This document shows positions 1 to 8,829 of a stretch of DNA of 55,435 bases, piece after piece. Source of the stretch: a virus (Duplodnaviria; Caudoviricetes). The stretch lies in the IMG/VR virus record IMGVR_UViG_3300042934_000351, positions 1 through 55,435 of that record; one strand, 5' to 3'. The notes under the pieces were generated by a model. The model was not told where the DNA came from. It did not search any database and worked only from the letters and a program-made list of their open reading frames with translations. How positions within the stretch are numbered: the first letter of the stretch is position 1; each line of letters begins with the position of its first letter. The position numbers and the translations under genes were made by a program.

Positions 1-127
1 TGCTTCCGGGTTCGGAATGTGCTGCATCTTCTCGCTGGGGCTCCACGGGTCCCGCTCGAACGTGGTACGTACCACGTCGGAGCCGTCGCACCAGTAGCGT
101 CGCGGCGGCTCGAACTTGACGTCGACC
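1..127. repeat. Terminal direct repeat, copy 1 (probable assembly overlap of a circular or circularly permuted genome)
   Basis: 1-127 is identical to 55309-55435. 127 is a common maximal assembler k-mer, and an ORF reads through the junction. Confidence 0.95.
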
Positions 128-189
128 TGCCACTCGTGCTGGTCGTGTGCGTGCTCCGTGAAGCAGTGAAGCGGGTTGCGGTCAGTCAT
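1..189 (-). CDS. 5' part of the DUF6378-like gene that continues across the junction into 54826-55308
   Basis: ATG at 189 overlaps the end of whiB (ATGACTGA). It reads MTDRNPLHCFTEHAHDQHEWQVDVKFEPPRRYWCDGSDVVRTTFERDPW, in frame with ORF 54826..55383. Confidence 0.8.
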   Translation of the reverse strand, partial: MTDRNPLHCFTEHAHDQHEWQVDVKFEPPRRYWCDGSDVVRTTFERDPWSPSEKMQHIPNPEA

Positions 190-514
190 TGGTTCCATCC
201 TTCTTCTTGGTCTGTTCGTCCAGCACCTTCTGCAGTGCTTCGCGTTCCTTCGGGTTGAGGCCTCCGTACATACCGAAGCGGTACGTCTTCTGCCCTTCTT
301 CTTTTGGCTTCTCCTTAGCCATGACAAACGCCAGGCACTTGAGCCTGACGGAGCAATGCTTCTCGCAGAACTCCTTGGCGTCAGCCATCTCGCGCTTAGT
401 CTCGGGGAAGAACTGTTCAAGGTCCTTCCCCACGCAGGCGCTCTTGTCCATCCACTCATGCTTGAGTGGAGGTTCGAAGCCGTCGGCTCTGTCTACATAG
501 AGACGAGTGACCAC
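182..514 (-). CDS. whiB: WhiB-family Fe-S transcription factor
   Basis: W..SAC...D.EQFFPE...AKEFCEKHC.VR.KCL...FGMYGGLNPKER: four Cys plus a G(I/V)WGG-like turn. Confidence 0.9.
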   Translation of the reverse strand: MVTRLYVDRADGFEPPLKHEWMDKSACVGKDLEQFFPETKREMADAKEFCEKHCSVRLKCLAFVMAKEKPKEEGQKTYRFGMYGGLNPKEREALQKVLDEQTKKKDGTND

Positions 515-1038
515 GGCTCTCCTTCCACATTGTCGAGGATGAACTGATACAGGATCTCGTTGAGGACCGGGATGCTGATCCCGACCTTGAGCGCCACCCG
601 AGAGGCGCTCACGAGGTCTGCGTGGTTGGTGCTCTCGTTGAAGCGAGCGACACCGAACAGCTTGAGCATGTCGCGCGTCACCACGTTCTTGATGCCCGTG
701 TTGTCGACGACCATGCTACCAGGCATGAGCTTGTGTGTCTTGTCCACCATGTACAGCATGTCTTGGTCCTGCCGCACGTTGTTACCGCGCTGGCGATAGC
801 CCTCGACTCCACTGAACGTGGGTGCGTTGCTCTCCTCTTGCTTGAGGAAGAGCGGCAGACCGATGGTGTAGGCAGGGTCCAGCTCCGTGATGGCCCTGGT
901 CTTCTCGTTGCGACGCGGAACGTCAGCCCACACCTGGTGTCCTACGCTCCACGTCTTCTCCCTGGAGTCGAAGCGGAGCGCCACGAGTCCAGTGTCCTTG
1001 ATACCGGGGTCCACCCCGATGAGTGTCATCTTGGTCAT
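493..1038 (-). CDS. RuvC-like Holliday junction resolvase
   Basis: N-terminal IGVDPG..DTG, central VEGY, C-terminal HADLVSA. ATG at 1038 follows AGGAG. Confidence 0.8.
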   Translation of the reverse strand: MTKMTLIGVDPGIKDTGLVALRFDSREKTWSVGHQVWADVPRRNEKTRAITELDPAYTIGLPLFLKQEESNAPTFSGVEGYRQRGNNVRQDQDMLYMVDKTHKLMPGSMVVDNTGIKNVVTRDMLKLFGVARFNESTNHADLVSASRVALKVGISIPVLNEILYQFILDNVEGEPWSLVSM

Positions 1039-1052
1039 GATTCTCCTTGGTC

Positions 1053-1088
1053 CAGTGGCGGGGAGGGAGTCACCACTCCCCGCCACTG
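1053..1088. terminator. 13-bp intergenic stem-loop between the polymerase and resolvase genes, no U-tract
   Basis: CAGTGGCGGGGAG / CTCCCCGCCACTG. Confidence 0.5.
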
Positions 1089-1092
1089 TAGC

Positions 1093-3345
1093 CTATTTGA
1101 TGTAGCGGTACGCCGACTTGACGTCCACTGCGAGGGGAAAGTCCTTGAGCACGGTGTAGCTCATGTTCTTCCGAACGAGGTCCATGACCTCTTCCTTGGT
1201 CTTGTTGCTCGTGGGCTGCCAGTCCACGTTGAGCTCATCATGGAACTGTCCCATGATAGGAGCGTCACGGACGGTCTGCATGTCACGCCGCAGACCTCCG
1301 AGGCTGTCGAAGAACATCTCTCGACACAGCGACTGGGTGAAGATGCCCGCGAGCTTCCCACCATAGATGCTGTAGTACGTCTCCTTCTTCGTCTTCGGGT
1401 GAATGTAGGTTGCAACCCACAGGTCTCCGTTGAGCCGCTCCGCAGGCTTGTAGTAGCAGAGCTTGTCTCCACGGAAATAGCATCCGTGTACGAAGCGCGT
1501 GACGTATGGAGTACCGTCAGGCAGCAGGAGTTGGAGGCACAGCGACACCGAGCCGGGGTGCTGTGCTGCCATGCTCTCGACCTGGAAGGGCGTCGAGCGA
1601 GCGATCATGCCGTGCCCGATCTGGACCTGCAAGGGCGTGTTGCCTCGCACAGAGTCCTTGAGCAGGTCATCGAGCGTACGCCAGAACGCCACGATGTTCG
1701 GGTTCGCCGCACGCCAGTTCGACACGTCCTCCAGCGCCGTCTCGATCGTGACGCTGAATCCCAGACGGAACATGAAGTCCTGCACCGCTGCTGCCGATGC
1801 CTGGTACCCACAGCTCAGCTCCGAGTACTTACCTCGGGGTCGCTGAGCAGGGGTGACGTCGTCATAATCGACGTTGAAGTACTTCGAAGCGAGTACCTTA
1901 TACACGTCCTTACCCTCACGATAGGCGTCGAGCTTCCACTCTTCGCCTGCCAGGTAAGCGAGACCTCGTGACTCAACTGCAGAGAAGTCTCCGACGATGA
2001 TCTCTCCCTGAGGATGACGAGCAGTGAACACCTGCCGAAGCTGGCCTGCCATGTCACCGTTGGACCACGGCTCCTGGAAGTCGTAGACCGTCGAGATGTC
2101 CTTGACATACTCGTTACCCTCCTCGTCCTTCATCATCTTGAGCTTGCCGAGGTTCTGCATCTGCACGCCCCGACCTGTGGTACGGAACGTCTGACCAGCA
2201 CCGACGTGCATGTACTGGTCACGGAGGATGTCATCATCCGACACGAGGTCGAGGATCTTCGGCAGCTTGCTGAGCGTGCTGCCTCCGATTTCCTGCTTGG
2301 TTTCCAGCAGAGACTGGACCTCACGCAGACGACCGACCTGACGGAGAGTCTCAGGCGTGAGAGTCATCAGAGCCTCATCGTCCCAGACCCAGCTGTCACC
2401 ATCCATTCGCATGGGCAGGACGTTGATGTCGTCCTTCTGGTTCTTGCTGATGACCTCGGCGATCTGCTTGCGCACCTTCTCCAGTGCGATGGGCAGATGG
2501 TACTTGTCCAGGCTCCCGACCTTGAAGCCACGCTCCTCACAGTAGCGCTTGAGCTGAGCAGGCGAGTTGAAGTTGATCTCGTCTCCTGTCTCAGTGAGGA
2601 ACACACGCTTGGCGATGATGTTGTTCGCCCACGCCCGCTGCTTCATCTTGAGAATGAGCGGACGATCGATGTGCCAGCCCGCCTGGTTCTGCTCCCACGT
2701 CGACTGCTCGTCGTAGGCCTCGTTGATGAGGAGAAGCGGATCGAACAGGTCGAGGATGCGCTTGGCGGTGAGACGAATCTCACGACTGCCCTTCGCATCC
2801 ATCTCGCAGTACTTGATGAACAGCTTCCACAGGTCCATGTGCCCGTGCTTCTCGATGAGCTCAGGTGTGGGGCCGTCCGGGTACTTCTCGTTCGGCACAC
2901 AGAACAGCATGACGAGGTCGTTGCCTTCCTCCAGCTTGTGGCTGTTGGTCAGCTGTCGTGACGCCACGATGAGCTTGGACTCCGCGCCGAGACAGCGTGC
3001 GTCCACTGCACTGTCCTCGAACCGGAACGGGTCGAAGTCCGGCAGGAGCCAGTGTGTCACGGCACGCTCGAACGGGGCGTTGTGCGCCATGATCGGAGCC
3101 TTGTCGTGGTCTGTCAGCCAGCCCATGAAGTGCGGCGTCACGTCTAGGATTGAGCGCGCCTCTGCAACACCGTGTTCCCAGATGGTCTTGAACACCCAGT
3201 CGTATGTGTGCTCTCCCTCATCGGTCGCCACACTGGCCAGGAGAATCTTGAACTCCGGGTCAGCGACGTAGTTCGCCAGGCCCCGCACCGGCAGGTTGGT
3301 GCGGGACCAGGTCTCGTAGTCGAGACCGCTCGTCTCAGATGTCAT
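1093..3345 (-). CDS. polA: Family A DNA polymerase with 3'-5' exonuclease domain
   Basis: Exo I LDYET, Exo II HNAPFE, Exo III YCEMD. Motif A GDFSAVESR, motif B RPRGKYSELSCGY, motif C FHDEL. Confidence 0.95.
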   Translation of the reverse strand: MTSETSGLDYETWSRTNLPVRGLANYVADPEFKILLASVATDEGEHTYDWVFKTIWEHGVAEARSILDVTPHFMGWLTDHDKAPIMAHNAPFERAVTHWLLPDFDPFRFEDSAVDARCLGAESKLIVASRQLTNSHKLEEGNDLVMLFCVPNEKYPDGPTPELIEKHGHMDLWKLFIKYCEMDAKGSREIRLTAKRILDLFDPLLLINEAYDEQSTWEQNQAGWHIDRPLILKMKQRAWANNIIAKRVFLTETGDEINFNSPAQLKRYCEERGFKVGSLDKYHLPIALEKVRKQIAEVISKNQKDDINVLPMRMDGDSWVWDDEALMTLTPETLRQVGRLREVQSLLETKQEIGGSTLSKLPKILDLVSDDDILRDQYMHVGAGQTFRTTGRGVQMQNLGKLKMMKDEEGNEYVKDISTVYDFQEPWSNGDMAGQLRQVFTARHPQGEIIVGDFSAVESRGLAYLAGEEWKLDAYREGKDVYKVLASKYFNVDYDDVTPAQRPRGKYSELSCGYQASAAAVQDFMFRLGFSVTIETALEDVSNWRAANPNIVAFWRTLDDLLKDSVRGNTPLQVQIGHGMIARSTPFQVESMAAQHPGSVSLCLQLLLPDGTPYVTRFVHGCYFRGDKLCYYKPAERLNGDLWVATYIHPKTKKETYYSIYGGKLAGIFTQSLCREMFFDSLGGLRRDMQTVRDAPIMGQFHDELNVDWQPTSNKTKEEVMDLVRKNMSYTVLKDFPLAVDVKSAYRYIK

Positions 3346-3964
3346 CGATCGTTGTCTCCTTGTTCTTCTTCACGATGAGGATCTCGTACTCATCCGGATC
3401 GTACTCCTTGTTGAGAGGCAGGCCTTCCCAGTACTTGCCACCGAACGTGTGCATGATCCAGTCGTTGCGACGAAACCACTCGCGGTTATACGCGTCAATC
3501 TCTGCGTGCTCTTCGAGTGTGGCGTAGCGGTGTTCTCCGAGTTCCTCGTCGTAGAACCAGGTACTCTTCGGATTGCCGATGACGCCACGGAGTTTCCAGA
3601 AGACGTCATTGAGGATGAGACCTTCACCCTCCCGCATGAGATGGATCGCCGCGCGCTCCAGCCCTGCTCGCGTGAGCAGTTCGAAGTGAGGGCCCTTGGT
3701 CCACAGGGTGTAGAGCACCCACGCCTTGGCGTACTCGTAGCGGGTGTGCTTGACAGGCTTGCTGTCCTTGTCCCACACCCACTGCTGGGTCTTCCGATCC
3801 CAGTGACCCTTGCGCTCCTTGATGAAGTCACGCACACGACTGAGCCTGCCACGTGCCCCGTTGCGGGTCTCCGTGTAGACCTCGTGTACGATTTCCTCGT
3901 AGTCAGGGTCTGTGGCGAAGGGGAGTTCCTTCTGCCACGGTACCGTGACCTTCCGTCTGGTCAT
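3335..3964 (-). CDS. Hypothetical protein, 209 aa
   Basis: Phage-like codon usage; overlaps both neighbours as in an operon. Confidence 0.75.
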   Translation of the reverse strand: MTRRKVTVPWQKELPFATDPDYEEIVHEVYTETRNGARGRLSRVRDFIKERKGHWDRKTQQWVWDKDSKPVKHTRYEYAKAWVLYTLWTKGPHFELLTRAGLERAAIHLMREGEGLILNDVFWKLRGVIGNPKSTWFYDEELGEHRYATLEEHAEIDAYNREWFRRNDWIMHTFGGKYWEGLPLNKEYDPDEYEILIVKKNKETTIDDI

Positions 3965-4365
3965 ACGTACTCCAGCATCTTGTTGACGAGGGACTTCTTG
4001 TCCTCGATGGCGATGTAGTCGGTGGCGGTGGAGAGCAGCCAGAACAGCGCCGACTCCTGGACGTCGTTGACGGAGAGACCGGTGAACGGCTCCAGCCAGT
4101 GACGCTCGCTGACCTGCATACGCACCACAGGGGGTGCTTCCATCTGGTCAGGTGCGAGAACGACTCGCGTGAACTCTTCGTAGGTCATGGAGGCTGTGGC
4201 GTCGCTGAGCGCACTGCCACAGAACTCTGCCTCGAAGTCGTAGTAGCCGACGTAACCGTCGACCTCCCACATGGCTGCGACCGGCTTGTCAGCCAGTTCC
4301 CAGATGTAGACGGTGCCGGACTCCTGCACCTGGGTACCGTAACGGTACCTCGGGTCTTCACTCAT
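3961..4365 (-). CDS. Hypothetical protein (MSEDPRYRYG...), 134 aa
   Basis: ATG at 4365 directly after the Cas4-like stop, with GAAGGAG RBS; ATGA overlap with the next gene. Confidence 0.75.
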   Translation of the reverse strand: MSEDPRYRYGTQVQESGTVYIWELADKPVAAMWEVDGYVGYYDFEAEFCGSALSDATASMTYEEFTRVVLAPDQMEAPPVVRMQVSERHWLEPFTGLSVNDVQESALFWLLSTATDYIAIEDKKSLVNKMLEYV

Positions 4366-4366
4366 C

Positions 4367-5602
4367 TTAGTCTCCTTCCAAGACATCGATGTCGGATTGC
4401 TGCTCGTCTCGCTCACCATAGAGCATGGTGAGCATGGCAGGACAGGCCTTGCTGCCCTTGTCACTGCGTGAGTGGGGGTTGGCCGGACAGAACGTGCAGT
4501 GCCCTCCGGGTGTGAGCTTCTTGTCTCCACCCAGGATGGCGCGCTCGCTCTCTTTCATCTCGTTGCTCCACTCGTGGAGCTTAGCGAACGAGATGGTCCA
4601 GTCGTTTGTGTTGTTGCGCTGCATGATGTGCAGCTTGACCTCGGGGTAGTTGACACCGCCGAACGTCCACGCGTAGTACATGAGTTGCGTGTTGTTCGTT
4701 GCGTCGATCTCGATCTCACCCATCTTAAGGTCCAGCACGTGCATGACGTACTTGTCCTTGATGACGAGGTCGACCGTGGTCTTGGGCTTGGTGCTCAACC
4801 ATTCGGCTGTTGCCTTGACCTCCACGAGAATCTCGAGAGAGTCCTCGTCCATCGTGTCGATGAGGTCTGCCACGTACTCGATGGCCTCAGCCATAGCAAC
4901 CACGTAGCGAGGTTCGACGGCCTTGTCACGGGTACCCGTGACGCTGCCCGACGCATCCTTGACAGGGACCTGGTAGACCAGAGCGACGGCGATCTCGTAT
5001 GCGATGGGCGGTGCCACCTTGTAGAGCATGAACCACCACACGATGTACGCCTTCTTGTCAGACAGGAGCTTGATCCTGTCCCGGCGCTCGCTGATCTCTC
5101 TCAGAAACTTGGCTTTCTCCCTGAGACCTTCGCCCGGAGAAACGGCATCCGCGAAAATTTCGTGGAGTTGCGTACCGACCCCCTTCCAGCCGTCGTCGTT
5201 GCGTTCCGGGTACTGGAAGCCTGGGATGGCCTCCTCCAGGTTCGCAGAGCCGTGGCACTTGTGGTACCTGTTTGCGTATGATGCGCTGAACCGGAACTCG
5301 TGACTCATCGGGATCACGTCGTTCTCGTCCAGGACATCGAGTACTTCTGTTGTCATCGGCATCCTCAGCTTTCCCGTGTCTGTGCTCATGAGTCTTGTTG
5401 GCTCTGCTCCGTATGCTCGGAGCAGGGCCGTGTGCTTCTTGCACGTCGTGTAGATGGTCTCGACCCAGTTGTTGCAGTCCTTGAGCTCACACCTGTAGAG
5501 CGACGTGCAGGCGTAGCATGTGGTGTAGCCCTCCCAAGCGTAGCGCTTGACAAGGTGCCCACAGCTACTGCACAGGCTGCGGGTCGCTGGGAGCGTCGAC
5601 AT
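4367..5602 (-). CDS. Cas4-like / PD-(D/E)XK exonuclease (DUF2800 type); start either 5602 (with Cys-rich leader) or 5356/5362
   Basis: FSAS...KCHGS, GTQLHE, E.LVE, VDL, DLKMG, QLMYYA and C-terminal HCTFCPA...CP (1+3 Cys Fe-S pattern). Confidence 0.85.
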   Translation of the reverse strand: MSTLPATRSLCSSCGHLVKRYAWEGYTTCYACTSLYRCELKDCNNWVETIYTTCKKHTALLRAYGAEPTRLMSTDTGKLRMPMTTEVLDVLDENDVIPMSHEFRFSASYANRYHKCHGSANLEEAIPGFQYPERNDDGWKGVGTQLHEIFADAVSPGEGLREKAKFLREISERRDRIKLLSDKKAYIVWWFMLYKVAPPIAYEIAVALVYQVPVKDASGSVTGTRDKAVEPRYVVAMAEAIEYVADLIDTMDEDSLEILVEVKATAEWLSTKPKTTVDLVIKDKYVMHVLDLKMGEIEIDATNNTQLMYYAWTFGGVNYPEVKLHIMQRNNTNDWTISFAKLHEWSNEMKESERAILGGDKKLTPGGHCTFCPANPHSRSDKGSKACPAMLTMLYGERDEQQSDIDVLEGD

Positions 5603-5777
5603 GCTTGTCCAGGTTCCGATGCGCACCCTTGCAGACGCACATGCAGATACCGCCCTTGTGGCCCTTCGGGAACTGACACCCGTGCCTGCGCCCGTTGATC
5701 TTGTCACCGTTCTTAGCGGTGTCGTGCGTCGACCACATGGTCGGACACAGGTTGGCGATTGCTTCTTGACGATCCAT
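5565..5777 (-). CDS. Small Cys/His-rich hypothetical protein
   Basis: 70 aa, GAGGG RBS, C..HGC..PKGH.G.C.C.C..H pattern. Confidence 0.65.
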   Translation of the reverse strand: MDRQEAIANLCPTMWSTHDTAKNGDKINGRRHGCQFPKGHKGGICMCVCKGAHRNLDKHVDAPSDPQPVQ

Positions 5778-5807
5778 TTGCCCTCGATCTTGTTGTGAAG
5801 TGTGCGT

Positions 5808-5844
5808 AGAAAAGGCGGGGTACCTGCTAACAGGTACCCCGCCT
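5808..5844 (-). terminator. Intrinsic terminator after the SSB-like gene
   Basis: 14-bp stem AGGCGGGGTACCTG/CAGGTACCCCGCCT, 4-nt loop, followed by a T run on the minus strand. Confidence 0.8.
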
Positions 5845-5871
5845 CAAGGAAGCGGTCCTGTAGTTACAGGA

Positions 5872-6621
5872 TTACTCTTCCCAGTCGTCCCCGTCTTCGA
5901 GGACTGCGGCGTCGCCCGCTCCGCCCGTGACCGGCAAGCCGAGATGCGGGAGCAGGTAGAGCGCGTTGCCGTACGCCGTGACAGCGCCGTTGCCCGCCGC
6001 GTTCTCGAACGCGTTCATGCGGAGCGACGTGCGGAAGTGCCAGTTGGCACCCCACCACAGGGCGTCCGGGTCCTTGCGCTCGTCCGGCAGCTCGATCTGG
6101 CTGAGCGGGACGGTGACCTGCACGCCGTCCTGCTTGATGATCGCCTTCTTCGGGAAGTCCTTCTCGAACGGCCCGGAGAACTTGATCTTGTACTCGTAGC
6201 CGTCGGGCGCGTTCTCACGGTCCTTGGGCGTGAGGTAGCGGAGCGGGAGGTTGGGCTTCTCCTTGCGCCCTTCCGCCACGGTCCACTTCTCGTCCGAGAC
6301 CTGCTTGATGAGCTCGTCGACGAGGTCGGCGTCGAGCGCCTTGCTCCGACCGAACTCGTCCTTGAGACGACGTGCGAAGGGCAGGTACGTCTCAGCGAGG
6401 TACGTCACCGCCTTGCGGTAGTTGTCCTCGGTGAGCAGGAGGTTCGCACCGATCTTGTCCGGGTACTCCGGCGGGTTGATCTTGCGACGCGTGCGCCACT
6501 CGGTGAGGGCCTCCAGGTCCGCCTCACTCGTGATCGGGAAGGACAGGAGTCCCTCGATGACGAGGTTCTTGGGCCAAGGGATCTCGATCTTGGACGGTGC
6601 TGCTTTGGTTGAGGTTGCCAT
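5872..6621 (-). CDS. Probable single-stranded DNA-binding protein (gp2.5/DUF2815-like)
   Basis: G.LSFP near the N-terminus, acidic/aromatic tail EDGDDWEE, strong codon bias, position next to the Cas4-like and polA genes. Confidence 0.65.
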   Translation of the reverse strand: MATSTKAAPSKIEIPWPKNLVIEGLLSFPITSEADLEALTEWRTRRKINPPEYPDKIGANLLLTEDNYRKAVTYLAETYLPFARRLKDEFGRSKALDADLVDELIKQVSDEKWTVAEGRKEKPNLPLRYLTPKDRENAPDGYEYKIKFSGPFEKDFPKKAIIKQDGVQVTVPLSQIELPDERKDPDALWWGANWHFRTSLRMNAFENAAGNGAVTAYGNALYLLPHLGLPVTGGAGDAAVLEDGDDWEE

Positions 6622-6659
6622 GCTGGCTCTTTCTCTTGTGATGGTTGTTGTCTGCTTGA

Positions 6660-6929
6660 CTAGGCTGCTTGACTGAGTTGGTCGATGAGGTCGTTGATCC
6701 GCTGGGGCTGGAAGCCAGCCCAACCGCCTGACTCGCCTCCGTCGATGAGAACGACGGGAGCAGACAGGTGCCCGAGTTCCTTGAGGGTGTTGGTCGTTGT
6801 CTCGTCCATGACGATCCGCTCATACGGAACGCCCTTCGTGGTCAGGACCTTTTCGGTCATGATGCACTGACGACACTCGATCTCACCCCTCTTCGTGGGC
6901 TCGGGCTTGACGTAGACTGTGACCTTCAA
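6660..6929 (-). CDS. nrdH: NrdH-like glutaredoxin
   Basis: VTVY.KP...CRQC..T...L...GVPYE...SAPVV...WAGFQP.RI; AAGGAGG RBS before a TTG start. Confidence 0.88.
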   Translation of the reverse strand: MKVTVYVKPEPTKRGEIECRQCIMTEKVLTTKGVPYERIVMDETTTNTLKELGHLSAPVVLIDGGESGGWAGFQPQRINDLIDQLSQAA

Positions 6930-6938
6930 TGGGCCTCC

Positions 6939-7133
6939 TTAGCGTGTCAGCAAGAAGCGGAAGTGCTCCTTGCTTCTGGTCCTCTTGGCTCCACACTTGC
7001 ACTGCCAGGTGTAGTACTTGTCTGACAGATGTGGACGCTTCCGAAGTCTCATGCGGTGCTTGTGCACCTTCATCTCTTTGGCCTCGACTTGCTCGTTGCC
7101 AACGGTGTAGTGCATGGTGCAGTCCTTACACAT
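6939..7133 (-). CDS. Small basic Cys/His protein
   Basis: 64 aa, CxxC...HKH...CKCG; overlaps the upstream stop. Confidence 0.55.
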   Translation of the reverse strand: MCKDCTMHYTVGNEQVEAKEMKVHKHRMRLRKRPHLSDKYYTWQCKCGAKRTRSKEHFRFLLTR

Positions 7134-8127
7134 TGACAGCTTCGAGCGCGAGGTTGGCAGCGTCGAACAGTACCCTGTCCGGCGTCAGCATCTGCCGCTT
7201 GAAGCGCGTGATCTTGGACGTGGCTGCACGCACGTGACCCTGGTACGAGGACGCTGCCTCGAAGAGTCCGAGTGCCGTGCCACGCACGCCGTCACTGAAC
7301 CCGTTGAACATCTCGATCGTGAGTTCGGCTCGCGCCATCTTCACGTTCTCCTGCACACGGTCGCTGATGACAGCCGTGTTGGGCATCGGGATGAACTGGT
7401 CCACGAACCAGACTGTCTGGTCCATGTTGACCTTGAGGTTGGCCATCGCCTCCTTCATGTCCTTCCAGAGGTCGATGCCACGCCGCCACTCACCGAGGAA
7501 CTCGGTGATCTCCTCGATGCGCTCGCGCATGTTGGTCGTGTGCGCCAGAGACAGCGACATGTTCTGCATGTCGGCCATGAAGTCCGCGTAGGAGCTGGTG
7601 TTCCAGCACTGGATGCGGACGTTCGTGTTCTGGAAGCGGCACGCCTTGCCAGGCACATACGAGTTCTGCAGTGCCTGATACGAGAACGACGTACCCTGCG
7701 GGTCGCCCTTGATCGTGATCTCCTCGTCGAGCTTGAGCAGGATCCAGATGTCTCGCCCGTCTCGGAGCGAGCCTGCCGTCTCGATGAGCACGCCCTTGTT
7801 GCGGCGCTGAATCTCTTCGACGATGTCCCAGAGTTCGGACGGCTGAATCTCCGGGCGGTCACGCGGAACAGGTGCGAGCACCATGTCCGTGTCGGACCGC
7901 ACGTTGATCTGCTCGTCTTCGATGAGCTGGAACTGGTGCGTCAGCTCGCCGGTCGGTGTGATGACCGGCACGCGACGGTAGATGTCCTCGCGCAGAACGC
8001 TGAACGGGTGTACGAGCTTCTCCGCCTCTTCCCGAGTCGGGTACTCGCTAAGAAGGTCCTCTAGTCCGTGCCACATGGGCTCGCGTACTGAGAGGACCTT
8101 GTCGGTCTTTCTGATTTCGTGCGCCAT
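7126..8127 (-). CDS. DUF932-family protein
   Basis: MAHEI...REPMWHGL...ETAGSL..GR.IW...VRIQCWNT...HT...GTALGLFEA matches the family pattern; GGAAGGA RBS. Confidence 0.8.
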   Translation of the reverse strand: MAHEIRKTDKVLSVREPMWHGLEDLLSEYPTREEAEKLVHPFSVLREDIYRRVPVITPTGELTHQFQLIEDEQINVRSDTDMVLAPVPRDRPEIQPSELWDIVEEIQRRNKGVLIETAGSLRDGRDIWILLKLDEEITIKGDPQGTSFSYQALQNSYVPGKACRFQNTNVRIQCWNTSSYADFMADMQNMSLSLAHTTNMRERIEEITEFLGEWRRGIDLWKDMKEAMANLKVNMDQTVWFVDQFIPMPNTAVISDRVQENVKMARAELTIEMFNGFSDGVRGTALGLFEAASSYQGHVRAATSKITRFKRQMLTPDRVLFDAANLALEAVNV

Positions 8128-8157
8128 ACTGGTTCCTTCCATCGACGCGATCCAACC

Positions 8158-8166
8158 ATTATACCA
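8158..8166 (-). promoter_or_regulatory. Extended -10 promoter (TGGTATAAT) for the DUF932-to-replication operon
   Basis: TGn-TATAAT about 30 nt upstream of ATG 8127. Confidence 0.75.
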
Positions 8167-8339
8167 CGTCTCGGCGAGGCGTGGGTTTCCCTTGTGACGG
8201 GAGTTATTGAAGTGATTTCGAGAGGTGCCCGCCTCTGGACCCGGCCTGCCACCCGAATGGGGGAGGCTACGGTCGCCCCAACGGGGCGCAGAGGCGGGCA
8301 CACGGCCACGGTGCGGGGGTCACCCGCGCCGGGCCACCC

Positions 8340-8606
8340 TCAGTGGTGGGTCTCCAGGCAGTCGGCGTTGTCGGTCTCCAGAGCGAGGACCTTGAAGCGC
8401 TCGATCTCTGCCTTGACGCGGTCGATCTCCTCTTCGGTGTGATCGTCAGCGTGGTGGGCGAGGTAGTCCTCGCCTGCCTCAGCCTGCTTCCGGAAGATCT
8501 CCGCCTGCGTCCGATGCCAGGCCAGATGCTCCCGATGGTTCTTCGCCTTGAGGCTGTTGTTCATCATGCGCGTCGCCTGCCGGGAGCGCTTGATAATGAG
8601 ATGCAC
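8340..8606 (-). CDS. Hypothetical protein, His-rich and helical
   Basis: GGAGG before a GTG start; coding-like codon usage. Confidence 0.6.
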   Translation of the reverse strand: MHLIIKRSRQATRMMNNSLKAKNHREHLAWHRTQAEIFRKQAEAGEDYLAHHADDHTEEEIDRVKAEIERFKVLALETDNADCLETHH

Positions 8607-8829
8607 TGCTAACCTCCATGATGGTCATGATCTCGCTACCAGGGTCGAGATGTGCGATGAGTGCGAACTTGAGAGCTTCAAGAGCGCATGGTCCCAGCTG
8701 CCGACCCTGTTTCAGGTCTGCAGCCAGGTCCTTGATGACGACTTCGATGTACTCCATGTTGACGTTGTGCAGCTCGATCAAGTCCCCGCAAGCAGGGCAG
8801 TCGAACTGCACGATGCGAGCTGCGGGCAT
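8479..8829 (-). CDS. Hypothetical CxxC protein (MPAARIVQFDCPACG...)
   Basis: TAATG coupling with the upstream gene and GGAGG RBS. Its 3' end overlaps the next gene by ~128 nt. Confidence 0.6.
   Translation of the reverse strand: MPAARIVQFDCPACGDLIELHNVNMEYIEVVIKDLAADLKQGRQLGPCALEALKFALIAHLDPGSEIMTIMEVSSASHYQALPAGDAHDEQQPQGEEPSGASGLASDAGGDLPEAG

Noticed and set aside
60-77. 18-bp perfect palindrome ACGTGGTACGTACCACGT
   Set aside because: Single occurrence inside a coding region with no second copy or regulatory context; may be chance.
1-127. 127-bp repeat as a biological terminal repeat
   Set aside because: It falls mid-gene and its length matches a standard assembler k-mer overlap.
4367-5602. 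Cas4-like gene as evidence of a CRISPR system
   Set aside because: No repeat-spacer array or other cas genes; solo Cas4-like nucleases are common in phage replication modules.
8225-8301. tRNA gene
   Set aside because: Similar length, but the closing stem is 13 bp, there are only two arms and there is no TTCRA loop; kept as an unknown structure.
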